Source: Eledone cirrhosa (Eukaryota). From it: a stretch of DNA of 64,000 nucleotides. The notes beneath the pieces are model-generated. The model saw only the letters and a program-made list of their open reading frames with translations. It ran no database searches and was not told the origin of the DNA. Both the position numbers and the translations under genes were made by a program. Positions 39,736 to 54,083 of this stretch are shown here, in pieces. Position 1 is the stretch's first letter, and every line of letters starts with the position of its first letter. The stretch lies in the NCBI GenBank assembly GCA_964016885.1, contig OZ024740.1, forward strand, positions 424,080,001 through 424,144,000, written 5' to 3'.

Positions 39736-40390
39736 CGATTGGTGTAGTTAAACCTTATAATATAAACAAGGTAATACTTGTACAATAGATACTAGAATAA
39801 ATGAAGAGAAAGAAAATGTTTTTTATTTATCATTTTATTTACATCCATTTTATCTCTCATGATAAATATCAAGAGAAGAATGAGAACTTATTCAAGTCAA
39901 CAAATTATCAAGGGGCATGAAAGAAATGGTTACAGGAGAAATACCATCTGTAAAGTGATGTTGAATGAATACAAAAGTTGGTCATAATAATACAGTAATA
40001 CACCTGCACAGATTTCACATGAACAAGCCCAAGGGATCTTTTATAACCTTAGTTTAGAATTCATTATATTTCCATGGAAATTGTTTCTGACATGATTTCA
40101 TTCATTATCAAATTAATGGTAAAGTATTTGTTACGATAATATTTGTCACTACAGATATTTGTTAACAGTCTACTGTGTAGTTACGCCATCTTGGGAAATA
40201 TTGACATATGATGATGATAGTAATGAGGATGGTGAGGATGATGATTATGAGGAGGATAACAACAGCAATGAGAAGGATGATGATCGTGATGATGATGATG
40301 ATGATGATGATTATAATAATAGCAATGATGATCATCATCATAATCATCATCATTTTTATGGCTGCTTTTTTATGCATATGCATGTATGTA

Positions 40391-40443
<53 letters not shown>

Positions 40444-40604
40444 ATATTTGGGGATGGTCATGTATGTTACTAATATTGCCAATATAAAAAACACACCATA
40501 TAATTTTCACTTTTTCTCTATGATATATATATATACACACACACACTCATATGTATACATATGTATGTATGCACATATAAACATGCATATATATATCATC
40601 ATTC

Positions 40605-40941
40605 ATCATCATCATTTCATTTTACGTCCACTTTTTCCCTGCTTGCAAGGGTGGGACGGGAACTGATTCTGGCTTGATTTCTACAGCTGGATGCCCTTCC
40701 TAACACCAACCTCGTTTACAGTGAGTGCTGGGTACTTTTTTGCCGTGGCACCTCCACCACCACTTTCCAGTGGAATTATAGGGACCTCAGTGCCTATCAT
40801 CTCATTTCTACAGCTGAGTTAACTGGAGCAATGTGAAATAAAGTGTCTTGCTCAAGGAAACAACACATCACCCAGTCTGAGAATTGAACTCACAACCTTT
40901 CGATTGCAAGGCCAATGCTCTAACCACTAAGCCATGTGCCT

Positions 40942-40943
<2 letters not shown>
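40605..40943 (-). mobile_element. SINE family A with RTE-derived tail, full length
   Basis: Minus strand ggaggcacatggcttagtggttagagc...gagttcaattc (A/B-box-like), core ccttgagcaagacactttatttcac, RTE 3' UTR and (GAT)n tail. Confidence 0.88.
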
Positions 40944-41016
<73 letters not shown>

Positions 41017-43788
41017 TATATACTCACAAGTGTATATAATGTTAACAAAAGCAAGAGGTTATATATATATCCATCTTTCCACGCTTGCATGTTGTCTGAC
41101 GCTCTACTGATACTGCCAATCCCCCACCTTACTCCAGCTTAGTAATTTATTTTACAAAATCCCTTCAAATTTTTTGATTATTTTCAAAAGTATTTTTTTT
41201 AAATCCTAGGCAGCATTTATCATTGGAAATATGGTAATGAAAGGGTCAACCCCCAACATCTTTAGTTCACTTTAGATATAGTGTAACTTAACTGTACATG
41301 CTGTGTGGAAGACGATTTAATCCTTCCCACCTTCTAATTATTTTAATTTCTTTTTAGTATTTTACTTGGTGTGCCTTTACAATTTGATGCAAGCTTACTA
41401 ATTTAACTGATTCATATATATTTTCTTCTTTATTACATATGGAAATAGAGTTATGTGTTTATGAAAATCTCACTTAATTATACTGAAATATTATACTTCA
41501 TTTTTGTGGTTTTCTTTACTTATTGGTTTCCTTTCCTTTTTTAAAAATATTTTTGTAGCTTTAATTTATTTGTTTTCTATATAACTTCATCAATTATAAT
41601 GTTGTTAAGGTTGTATGTGTTCCTTCAATCCCACTTGAAGCTACACAGTACGGCGAGTTAGTTGTTAGTCTTTAATTGCTTATATGTGTAAAGAATCGTT
41701 TCAATATTGAAGTCAGCAAAATAAATTTAATTCCAGCTAATTAGAGCAGATCTAATGAACTTACGGGACGTGTGTGTGTATGTGTTTGTGAGTGTGTGTC
41801 TGTGTATGTGTATGTGTTTCTTTGGTTTCGTAAAGTGCATGTAGATGTCTGCAAAATGTGGAAATGTTATCCATACTCACCATAATTGCAGCCTATTGTC
41901 TGGAGAGAGGTTTCTTGAATTCAGTCAAGTGTGTGTGTGTGAAAGAGAAGGAGTGGGAGGGGTGAAATAATTTTACAAACATTTAGGAATGGTTAAAGAC
42001 CTAAATAAATTAACTTTTTATGGCTTCTATTTAATTTCTCTCAACAGTCAGATACAAACTTTAAACAAAGACGAGATGACAACTTCAACACTTTTCATTA
42101 GAGTTTTACACATATTAAAGGGTTCAATTAATAGGAGATTTCACTGCTATCTTTAACAGGTCAACCTTGCTAGACATTGTTATATTAACTAAACTAATTT
42201 TCATAACTTTTTTTGTAAAACAATTTCACTTTTTTTTTAATTTGTTGACTAAATAAATTATTTAAAGTCACTTTAATAGTGCTATATAAAAATAATATAG
42301 AGCAGCTGACAAGCTATCAAACTCCACCAAGTATTTCTTTAATAATATTTACAATGTACCTGATATCAAAGTTTGTCTCTTTCTTCAATAGTTTAGTGTA
42401 AGATATGTAAGTAAGGTATTTGATGATGATAAACTAAACCTAATTTATTTGTTTTTACTAGATGTGTATCATTTCCTTTAATATCATCTTTTTCTTTGTT
42501 CTGAGTCAACGAGATTAAATAACCTCACCAACCCACAACTGGCCATGGGTGGTGAGTATGGTTACACCCCTAAAGACATGACCAAAACCAAACAGAAAGT
42601 GGTGAAGGTCAACCAGGGAGGGGTTCCTCCATCAAAAGTTGGAAGGCCCTAGATTGAATATTTATGTATAATATGTGCCAACAGAAGTGAGAAGGCTCTG
42701 GATTGGATTGGACTGCACTCTTTGTTCTATGATACAAAACTGCTTATTTTAACTTTTTAATATTGTAATTAGAATCCTTCTTCATGATTTTACATATCAC
42801 CTTTTATTGAGTTATGTTTCAAACAGCAGCTTCATATTAGTCATTCAATCTATGAAATCAACCATTTCTGTTCCACTTCAGGATAAAGGCTATTCCTCTT
42901 ATTTCTCCACAATTCTTGGCCTTTGGTGCCTCATTTCCAATTTTTGTAATAGTTTAAATTCTTCTTGGGTAATTTCAGATCTTGGTGCATGTGTGTGGTT
43001 GGTGATCATAAGGGCTGCAGTTAGATCTTGTTTTAATTCTACAGATCCAATGTCTGTTGAATTTATTTGTTTTTCAATGTTATTTGAGGATTTTTCAGCA
43101 CCACACTACCATATTACCTGATTGTACATTATTTAATAATCATTTCACACCACCTGTTTCTATGTACCCACCAAGTGCATATTGTACATTTAATCCTTTC
43201 AATATCATCCTTCTGAAAACCACCTGGTTCTATCAAATATAGTCATGCATTTTAAAGAGCTCCCATTTAAATTAAAATATTTAAAAATAATTTCATATGA
43301 AAAATAATTTCAAGTTATGTTAAAAATATGATCTTATGATATTTTAACTTCAAACTCTTCATTAATTAATTCAAATATGGTGTATCTCATAAGAAATATG
43401 CTAATGAAAGAGCTAATGGACTTCACTCTAACATCCTTCACATATCAAAAGGCCACCTTCCTGTTCTTTCAATCTCACCAAATATTTTACCACTTTCCAT
43501 CACTTTCATACATTTTACCTCCATACATCCAATTCATCTCCCTCAATCCATCTATACTCTCTGCTATTAACACTGGGTCATCCAGATACAGCAATTTCCA
43601 TGGGTTAAAATAAGTTCACTGTGTGTTGTGTGTGTAGTATGAGGTAAGAAGAAGAGTTGGCACCATTTATTCATCAAGTCCACTATCATAACATATCTAA
43701 GGCTATATGATCTTGGAGAAATATATGTATATATATGTTTATACATATGTCAATGCATCCTCTTGTTTGTTCGTTTCTTGTTTTCTTG

Positions 43789-43821
<33 letters not shown>

Positions 43822-44180
43822 CCCTTTTTTAAGATGGTAGAGTGCAATTTGTGTGGAGATTTGGCTGCAGTTTCATCAGCTTGTAAAAACTATATTAGAT
43901 TATATTACTGTGTCAGTTCACTAAACAAACTAATGGAATATTTGATAAATATGTGTTGTAAAACCTTAGAACTACAGGTAAACATTTGTAAATGCTGAAC
44001 ACAGGAGATAAATATCATTATTTTTCTGTGGGGAAATGATTTACATATTTAACCAATCAGCAAGAATGTCAATAATTGTATTTCTCTTTCCTTCCTTCTC
44101 AATCAAAGAATTATTGTCATTATTTTCACCTCTTAAATTACTTTTAACAATTATTATAACCATTTAATAGTGTTTTTAGT

Positions 44181-44425
44181 GAAGGTAGGTGGCTTAGTGG
44201 TTAGAGAATTGGATTTGTAGTTGTGAGGTTGTGAGTTCAATTCCCAGACCGGGTGATGTGTTATGTCCTTAAGCAAGACACTTTATTTCAAGTTTCTCTT
44301 TCTGTGATTGGTTGATAGTATCAGCAATGGAAAGACCAATGGAAATATTGTTTCCTTGGTCTGATTTGATGAAGTACTACCTCACTTGGTAAAGGAATGA
44401 GATCTATGATCTTGTTGATTGATTC
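44181..44425 (+). mobile_element. SINE family A, non-RTE-tail subtype
   Basis: ggcttagtggttagag head, core, ggaaagaccaatggaaat tail. A further fragment lies at 44726-44842. Confidence 0.8.
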
Positions 44426-47400
44426 TCTTCTTCAAATAGTATTTTTATAGAATAGAAGTAATTTATGTGATATGTGTGTTCCAACCATGTACAGGTCTGG
44501 TGAGTTTTGATTCAGAATATGCATAGTAAAGTTCACTCGACAGAAATGTAACCACACACACACATATGCATGTACACATGCACACATATATACATACCCC
44601 ATGCACATCTACACACACACGCATTACAAGAGTGTAAGTAGAGTGCATTGCTATAAATTTCGTCTTTTTGCTCTTTGCTTTGTTTAAAATATAAAGAATA
44701 TAATAGTTAATTTTAGCTTAGATGCATCGTGTCCTTGAGCAAGACACTTTATTTCACATTGCCCTTTCTGCTTGGTGTTATTTCCTTGGTCCAATCTGAT
44801 GAGTTATCCTACATGGTAAGCAAATGAGGTCTAGGAACTTGTCTTACTCTACAGTAAACATTCAGTACTCTGAATAGGAACTGATACGGGATTATAAGGA
44901 CTGCTTAATCCTTCTGCACAAGTCAACATCTCCAGTGCCAGTGGGATAATAAAATGTACCCAGTCCACACAGTGTTTAGCTGAGTTCTCTCTCTCCTTCT
45001 CCCCTCCTCACTCTTTCTTCCCCCATCAGTCTCTCTCTCTCTCTCTCTGCACATGTACATGTGTGTGTATATGTGCAAGCATGTACCAAATGATTTGATG
45101 AGTGATGAGTGACAAGACCCATCCAACCCACACCAGTATGAAATAAACAACGTAAAACATAAAACAATAATATATATATCAGACATTTTATTATCAGCAA
45201 TTCTCTAGTCATTACCATGGTCATTGTATTAAATCTGTCACAGACATAATCTAGAGAAAATTAAGAAAATATAACATGAAACAATGAAGAAAATATCCTT
45301 TTAGAGTTCTTTGAACATTAATTAAGACTTTCTTAATGAAATAAAACTTCTAGGAGACTGTATTGCTATTTTATCTTAGTAAAAGCAGAAATTCTAATCA
45401 ACTGAACGGCCAATGACTTTTGGATATGTGTTAGACTGAATTAAAAGAAAAAAAAAAGAAGAGCCAGCCATGTTGGAAATGTTTAATGGGTGTGTATGTC
45501 TAAAATGGAGATTTTAAAGCTCTGTCAGATATCTTTCTGGTCGTTATTGTTATAGTTGTCACTTTGATTTCGGCTCTTAATCAAAGAAACATTTTTAAAG
45601 AAAATTTTTAAAAATAACTTCTTCATATATTCACTTAAAAATAAAAAATTAAAATATTAAAAAAAAATATTAAAAAATTAAAAAATAAATAACAAAAAAG
45701 AAAAATATATCAAAAGAAATTATAATGATTTTTTTTTTCTTTTTGAAACTGTTTACATGCAAACTCCACTCACCAACACACATACACACATGTACACACT
45801 CTATACTTTCATCCTGTGCCGTTATAATGTTTTATTGATGTTAACCCTTGTGGTGAATAAAGAAGTTATTATTATTATTATCGTCATTATTTTTTGCTAA
45901 TTAGGAAGGCACATCAAATTCAAAAACTATAAAGAAAATACAGAAATTAGTCTATAAAAATTTTTTTTTAATACAATAACAATAAAAACAATAACAACAA
46001 AAACAATAACAACAAGGGTAGAGTTTGTAACGTGGGTACATGTACTTAGCAAGGAATTGATGGAATTTTTTGAAAGGGCAATTAAATTAAATTGGAAACA
46101 TCATTTACATTTTCACTCCTTCCCCACCTCACAGCCCTCCCCTTCATTTATTTATTTATTTTGTATTTCATTATTTTATTTGGAGGAATTTTCCAACACC
46201 CTTTCACGCCCATCCTCACAAACGGTGGGGGGGAGGGGGGTAGTTGCCATTGAAATAAGGAACACATGATAGTTGGACAAGTACAATATTTTTTTTTTGG
46301 GGGGGGGGTTACCAGGGACTTTAAGGTACTTGCACCACCACACCTTTTCCCTTCTATCATACCCCCTTCCCCCTCCTCTCTCCACCACATTTCTTTCTGT
46401 TCTAATTTGTCTGTATTTTTGATTCTTCTGGTTTCAAGTGCGTGTATATGTATGCATCTATGAATGCGTGTATGTGCATAATGTTATATATGCATATATA
46501 TGTGTGTATAATATATGTTATGAATGCATATATGTATGTGTGTGTTATGGTTCTGTAGTGTTATATCCCCCTCAGCAATAGCCTTTACCCCTAACTGCCC
46601 ATCAATAAACTATCAAGACTGTACAGCAATGCGGTCATTTGCTATACATCCTTAAAGATGGCCACTCATTTCCGCAGTCAAGGTAGAGTATATTCATATG
46701 TACATATATACATTATATATATATATTATAAAGAAAACGAAAAATCAGTGATGCATCTGGACTTAGTTTATTTCGTGTTACAAATGTTTTGCCGGCATGT
46801 GGCTCGAGTCATGGTCCTTGTATGGATCTGACTGATTCTACTTCTATATATATATATATATATATACTTTATAAATAACAATCAAAGAGTGCTTAATAAA
46901 ATGTTATTAAACACTCTTTGATTGTTATTTATAAAGTATTCCGGCTCTGTATTATATTTGTTATTTTTAAATCGACCTACTCTCATGCTGGTAATCGGAT
47001 AATATTAATATTACCCATATTATTTATATATATATATTATGAGAGAGAGAGAGAGAGAATTATAATATTATTCAGTTTCCATTGGTGTAATTACGTATTT
47101 TGGTTATGTAACAAAAAACTGAAGCCACTAATTTTCTACTTTGAAAATTTGTTGTCTGCACATGATTTTTTAAGTAGTTGGATTCAATTTAATTTGATTG
47201 AAGGAGTCAAATATTAGCAATCCTAGACTGATATGTAACACATACAAAGAAACATGTGTCAGTGTTATGCAATAAATGATATTCCCACTCTTCTAGAATG
47301 TGGTATTTTAAAGTAATAACTTTGTAAATATATATATATACACACATGTGCACACGCACAAATATACATACAAATATACCTGTAGATAATAATTATTTCA

Positions 47401-47940
47401 TTATTGACTACTAGAACATAACAGGGACAATACAAAAAGACAGGGACAGTGGGGGGTTTACAATAAAATACAGTAAAAGCAAAGATAACTATAAAAAGTT
47501 CAACAATAAAAGATTCCTCATATATATTTTTGTCTTCTCGTTTATGTTGTGTAACTTTTTACACTTATATTACAATTTCGATGTTGTTTTGTGGTGGTTT
47601 TATATTTCATTTTTATTTTTTAACCTAAAACCATTTTTTTTTTTTACACATGAAACCATTTTTTCTTTTTTCAACCTAAAACACTTCAGATTTTATATTC
47701 AGAAATTAAAGTGAAAAAGGTGTCGTGTTTTGTGTTGGATCTATTTTCTATGTCTAGTGAAGTCTTTGTGTGTCTATGTCTGTGTGGGGTCGTTGTGTTT
47801 TGTCTACCTTACTGTTTAAACTAACAAAATGAATGTCTTCTCTTACTTATTCACTACTACACACATCACACTCTCACACACACATTCACATACATAGCAG
47901 ATATCAACTTTGAGCACACATACACATATAGACATATATA

Positions 47941-48251
47941 TCATTCATTCATTCGTCGACTACTGTCGAGATGATGGATTTCACTCTCATGCCCCAAAAT
48001 TCCCTGCCCCCCATCGCTGCCCCCAGGTCCTGTCTACTGATTCCCGTATCCCTAGAGATAACGTCAGGGAATGACAGCTTCCTACTCCTAATGAGAGTGC
48101 AAAACCTATCCTGGAAACGACATCCCACCTTGTCTAAAATCTATGGCAAACTCCTTCGAGTCTCTGCCCTTCTAAAATCACGGAGAGCTCAATTTGCTGG
48201 CCACTGTCACCGTGCCAGCAATGAAATCATATCCTCTCTCTTGCTCTGGAA
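47941..48251 (-). mobile_element. RTE-like LINE insertion with an inverted 5' segment
   Basis: Minus strand 48095-47941 reads IRSRKLSFPDVISRDTG...FW...VVDE* then (GAAT)n. Plus strand 48088-48251 reads LMRVQNLSWKRHPT...RRAQFAGHCHR...LLLW. Candidate TSD acatatatat at 47932 and 48251. Confidence 0.8.
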
Positions 48252-48451
48252 CATATATATACTCTCACACACTCACATATATACACACTCACACACATAC
48301 GTACACACTCTCACACTCTCCTTATAACATATATAAAAGATATCAACTTTGAACACTCATTCTATATCTACAGTATGTTTGAAATATATTTTAGGTAATG
48401 AAGGAGGAGGGGGAGGTAAATTTTTTATGCTTTTATTCTCTCATTATTTTT

Positions 48452-48636
48452 CTGGATTGGCAGTATCAGTAGAGGTTTGGACGCCATGCTTTCCAGCATA
48501 GTTACGTCCCTTTACGATCTGAGTTCAAATCCCGCCGAGGTTGACTTTGCCTTTCATCCTTACGGGGTCGATAAATTAAAGTACCAGTAATGCACTGGGT
48601 AATTGCTGGCCTTGTGCCTAAAGTAGAGACAATTAT
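48452..48636 (+). mobile_element. SINE family B
   Basis: ggattggcagtatcagtagag...gagttcaaatcccgccgagg...gcctttcatccttacggggtcgataaa. Confidence 0.83.
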
Positions 48637-49210
48637 TTTTATTTTTCTTTCTTTAAAATATAATTATTGTTAAATATTTTAGAATAGGTTCTCTATATAT
48701 CTCTCTCTTACCCACTCTATATATCTCTCTCTTACCCACTCTATATATATATCGCCCTCTCTCTCTTTTTACCCACTCTTTCTCCCCCACTTCCTCTCTC
48801 TTACCCTCCCTCACTCTACCCCCAATCTCTCTTCCATCCACTCGCTTTCTCACACCCACTCTCACCCTCTCATAACCCACTTTCTCACACACACACTCTC
48901 TCCCTCTTATATCCCACTCTCTTTCACACACTCTCTCCCTCTCATACACACTCTCCCTCACTCATATATTGTTCTATCTTGTTTATGTTTACTTAAGTGA
49001 TGAGACATCTCAAGTAAACAAACTTATTTAGGATAATTCTGTTGTTAAAATTATTCTACTATAATCATATCTACTGAAGCCACAAGTGTGTAGACACACG
49101 CGTATATACAGTGTGTCCCCAAAGATGTATACACACTTCAACAGCATTCTAATAAATATGTGTATACATTTTGTTTTAGACACCATGTCATCATTATCAT
49201 CTCCGTTTAA

Positions 49211-49429
49211 CCCTTTAGCATTTAAACTGGCCATATCTGGTCAGAATTTTCTCACTTCTTTCTGTTTAAACTGGCCTTAAATGGCCACTCATACTGATTT
49301 TAGGTATTGCTCTCAAGATAAATAATTTCAAAATCTCATAGATTCGATATTGTGTGTGATATTATATGAAATAAAGCTTTTACAACGAAAATGCAATAGT
49401 ATATATAGAGTAATATAAATGGTAAAGAC
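49211..49429. mobile_element. TTAA-flanked MITE inserted into a SINE/RTE tail
   Basis: TTAA-ccctttagcattt...aaatggtaaagac-TTAA. Removing it restores ccgtttaacgtccatttt. Confidence 0.75.
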
Positions 49430-49697
49430 TTAACGTCCATTTTTTCAAGCTGGCATCACACACACTCACTCTCACACACACACACAAATATGCGAAAACT
49501 AAATGTGAAAACGCAACAGACATTGTAGTACAATAAAGATATATATTAGTTTCACGCTTAATATAGTAGGAAAAGTTTGTTAGATTGGGGCTGACCTGAG
49601 AGTTAAACAACATGTTGGAAAATTGTTTCTGTCATCTACAAAACAACTAAAATATTTCTGAATTCTAGTGTGCAGTAGATGGAAAGACTCTCTTCTG

Positions 49698-49890
49698 ATC
49701 ATCATCAACATCATTATCATCATTTTTATGTCCTTTTTTCCACACTTGCATGGGTTGGACGGGTCCTATTCAGCACAGTATCTCTCCAATTGACTTGTCG
49801 CATTCCGTTGCCATCTCTTCTGTGAGTCTAACCACCTCTGCCGAGGTTTTCCTTGGTCTGCCTCTACTGCAGCTTGCTTCCTTCCACTGG
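49698..49890 (-). mobile_element. RTE 3' end fragment
   Basis: CSRGRPRKT.AEVV frame, then a gacccgtccaacccatgcaag...(GAT)n tail. A related piece lies at 37770-37900 on the plus strand. Confidence 0.7.
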
Positions 49891-50424
49891 GATTTCCGGG
49901 CACTTCTTCCACCCACCACCATCATCATTATTATTTACTGTTTGAATAGTAAAGACTTTGAAATAGTAAAGAAACAAACACTGCTTGTAATTGCTATTAA
50001 ATCACAAAATATTACTTCATGTGGCTAAATAACAGTTCTAGTTGGTTAAAAAACATAGTCCTACTATTTTGTCTTTTATGTATTGAAAATGAAGAACTCA
50101 TGAAATTTTGCCACTAAAGAGGTGTTGTTGACACTGGTGTGATAGATGATTTGAAAGCAGAGCTAAAGAAGTGTTGTTGGGACTGGTATGATAGATGGTT
50201 CCAAAGCAGGGCTAAATCAATGATCACTTCATTTACTCTATCAGTTTCTACCAAGCTGGAAATACTGAAGTTCATTGATATTGTAATGTCTGTGAATGGA
50301 ATGTAAACACTATTCACAATCCAACAATGTCTTGATTATAATGAAAAGACATTAAAGACTGCACAAGTGTATTATTTTGTAAAACTCATACAAATTCTGT
50401 AAACATACATTTTGGAAATAATTA

Positions 50425-50622
50425 TGAGGCTAGGCTGAAAAGTTCCTAGACTGACTATGAAGGAGTGATGCTAGAGCTATGAAATCTTGCATGCAATAAT
50501 TTCAACTGTTGTTATTGATAACTGCATTGTCTCTTTCTAGAGACTATGTTGAAAAATAAACCTTATTTGGTCATTCCATGAGAGTATCTTGGTTAACTTA
50601 TGAACTTTTCTGTCAATCCTCG
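50425..50622. mobile_element. Mariner-like MITE
   Basis: TA-tgaggctaggctgaaaagttc ... gaacttttctgtcaatcctcg-TA. Confidence 0.75.
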
Positions 50623-51467
50623 TATACTTTTATGGGTTTTGTTTACAGTCAGATCCACTGTCCTAACAATCAGTTACCCTGGCAAAATACATTTTGCCAT
50701 CTTATTCAGATAATAGACATCTAAATGTAATGCACAAAATTTTCACTAAGAATGTTGGGTTAACATAACAAAAACATTGTGTTTGTAAATGTTAACCTTA
50801 GCTTTGTACTGACTGACCAAGATTGCACTAGTGACACGGTGGTGCAACTTAGAACTAGGGTAAACCTCAAATCAGTAAGAATAAACTTAGAGTCAGTGAA
50901 ACTGGTGTAAAATCAGGACCACCACTATAAATATCTTTATATTTATTATGCACACACTTATAAATATGTATATCTGGGTGTTTGTTCATATGCCTATGTC
51001 TGTGCGTGTCTGCAATCTATTTTTAGGAAATGGTTTAAATTTACTTAAATATTATTTTACACCATATGACCTTTTTAGTTTTAATCCAATAGACTTATAA
51101 ATTCCAGTAGTTAGGTTACAAACTATGTGATTGTTGTTAGTAACCACACAAAGATCTTTCTTTATAGCCTCTTCTGAAGTTCTTGGAGGCATATCTGAAT
51201 CTAACCATTACAGTTTATTTGTATTCCACCCTTGCAAGCAGGAAAAAGCGGACGTAAAATGATGATGATGATGATGATATCCTCTATTTTATAAATATCA
51301 GCATATATTTCAGCTGCAGCTATTAGAAATCCCAAAGACTATTAGAGAGACATTTACTATTTCTCCTTCAATTCCTATTACTAATATATAGACTTAGAAA
51401 TAAATAATAAATTGTTCTCATGGAAAGTTGTCCCGCTTATATATATATATATATATACACACATATA

Positions 51468-52126
51468 TCATCATCATCATCATCACCGTTTTACGTCCGT
51501 TCTTCCACGCTAGCATGGGTTAGACGGGTTGTCCTGTTGTGGGCAGTGTCTGGTCGGCTGACCATGCCTTGCTCATACAGGAACTGATTTGGCTTGATTT
51601 CTACAGCTGGATGCCCGTCCTAACACCAACCTCATTTACAGTGAGTGCTGGGTGCTTTTTCGTGGTGCCTACATGTCCACTTTACAGTGTGGGCTGGGTG
51701 CTTTTGGGATGATGATGATGTATATATATATATACATCATCATCATCATCATCATACGTTCATTCTTCCACGCTATCATGGGTTAGACGAGTTTTCCTGT
51801 TGTGGGCAGTCTCCGGTTGGCTGACCATGTCTTGCTCATACGGGAACTGATTCTGGCTTGATTTCTACAACTGGATGCCCTTCCTAACACCAACTTCATT
51901 TACAGTGAGTGGTGGGTTCTTTTTTGCCGTGGCACCTCCACGACCACTTTGTAGTGTAATGATCGGGACCCCAGTCCTATCATCTCATTTCTACAGCTGA
52001 GTAAACTGGAGCAATGTGAAATAAAGTGTCTTGCTTAAGGAAACAACACATCACCCGGTCTGAGAATTGAACTCACAACCTTTCGATTGCAAGGCAAATG
52101 CTCTAACCACTAAGCCATGTGCCTCC
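51468..52126 (-). mobile_element. RTE 3' UTR fragment (51468-51708) followed by a full SINE A with RTE tail (51735-52126)
   Basis: Matches the RTE 3' UTR at 24420-24692 and the SINE A head. Confidence 0.85.
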
Positions 52127-52285
52127 ATTATATATATATATACACACACATACAAGGATCGGAATTAGAGTATTCCGCAGTTCACAGTAATAATAATATT
52201 AGCTCAAAGAAGAACAGAGAATTTTCAACTGGGCTCAAATACAAATATATTACACAGAGAGAAGTGTGTTAGAGTGTAATATATT

Positions 52286-52330
<45 letters not shown>

Positions 52331-53372
52331 AAAAAGGATGAAATCGAAAATGCAACTGGATTCGCAGTCCTTGTGCTTTTCAAAAGTAGAATTGAGATGG
52401 ACGGTTTGTGGTTTTTCTCACATCTCCGATGTATATATATGTATATATAATATATATATTTTTTTATATATAATATATATTTATTTTTTATATATGTATA
52501 TATATTTTTTTATATATAATATATATATATATATATAATATATATATATATATTTTTTATATATATATATATATATATATAACCCATGCTAGTGTGTAAA
52601 AATGGACATTAAACAATAATGATGATGATGAGATATATATATATATATCTGTGTGTGTGTATATATATGTGTCTGTGTGTGTGTTTGTATTCTTCATTGT
52701 TTTCATTCTCTCATCTTCGTCTCCATCACTCGTTCTACTCTCTGAAAAAGACCTTTTAGCTAGAAAGTATTTGTTGTTGTCCAATAAGTAATAATGTTTC
52801 TATGAGAACAACAGGCAACTTTACTTGACTGTTACACATTACATTAATGTCTTCTCATGCATACAAACAATCAATATTTATTCTTCACAAAACTTGGCAA
52901 TGAACACAGCTCTTACATGGCTTTTTATAATCATTAAATCCCATCAGTGAGCAAGGGAATTGGTGGGGAGGGAGGGGTTAGTAAGTGAGTGGGGGCCAAG
53001 CTACTTTTATCAGAATACTCTCAGTTGGTTGGTCTCCTGGGAGTAGAAATTGTCTTAAGAGATTCCACACAAATTCCATGATGTCATGGTGTTGTTTGTT
53101 GTCATTGACCTTGTGTAGTGATGTTATACAGTAAATGTGTTGTTGTTTTTAACCATAGAAAACTAATCTGGTTTCACCCACAGTACATCAAATTAATTTA
53201 CTCTCTCCAATTCTATTCTCTGATAAAGGACTAATGTCTGAAACATTAACACTCTTTTCTTATTATATCAAGCATTAAAACTAATGTATATCATTATTGT
53301 ACTGTATTGTTTTTCCATATTGACTTATATATATATAGTAAGAATATTTTCGAAACGGCGAGCGGGTTTGAA

Positions 53373-53610
53373 ATTATTAGAAATGTAAGCTATCGCCGTA
53401 TTTTAACTAAAGAAATTAAAGAAATTATTTAGCCTGATAGTGGGGTTAAGAACCCTCGGAGAAATGGAAAAAGATGAGTATTCACGTACACGTGTACGTC
53501 AATACTCATCTTTTTCCATTTCTCCGAGGGTTCTTAACCCCACTATCAGGCTAAATAATTTCTTTAATTTCTTTAGTTAAAATACGGCGATAGCTTACAT
53601 TTCTAATAAT
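53373..53610. repeat. 238-bp spacerless palindrome with one mismatch
   Basis: 119-bp arms centred on acgtacac|gtgtacgt (53491/53492); the only mismatch seen is C53483/C53500. Confidence 0.96.
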
Positions 53611-54044
53611 ATATATATATATATGTGTGTGTGTGTATTTATAATATATATCTATGTAACACACGCACACAAAGATAGATAGACAGACAGATAGATAATG
53701 CTGCTTGTTTTCATTTTTGCTCCTTTTTTCTCTTTTTCAAAGATGGGTTTTACCAGCATAAAATAGCCATTAAAGATGATTTCTATTGGTCATCTAACTG
53801 GCAGCCAACTGTAACAATGAACCTGTCCAGTTTAGAAAATTGACCCTAATGCTAATGTGAAGCAGTGAAATTCCACTGTAATTCAGAGCTATGTTTCTTC
53901 TAGCGCTAAATGAATGTCTCTGACTGGACATTTCTATCTTTCTGTTAGTGAATATGGTTGATGGGTGAATTTGAATAAGATATATCTCAATGAACATACA
54001 ACCCCCCATTCAACCTCTTCACCACTCTTCTCTTGCCACCACCC

Positions 54045-54083
<39 letters not shown>

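Noticed and set aside
40860-40943. tRNA gene, and similar heads at 28939, 44181, 52126 and 57855
   Set aside because: A/B-box-like heads continue into SINE bodies and no full cloverleaf is evident.
41875-41910. Minus-strand 19-nt micro-exon ending ATG|GTGAGT
   Set aside because: The pyrimidine tract is short and chance occurrence is likely in 64 kb; it needs RNA evidence.
52385-52430. Further decayed hammerhead between TA tracts, also near 46770-46800
   Set aside because: Too many core mismatches to support.
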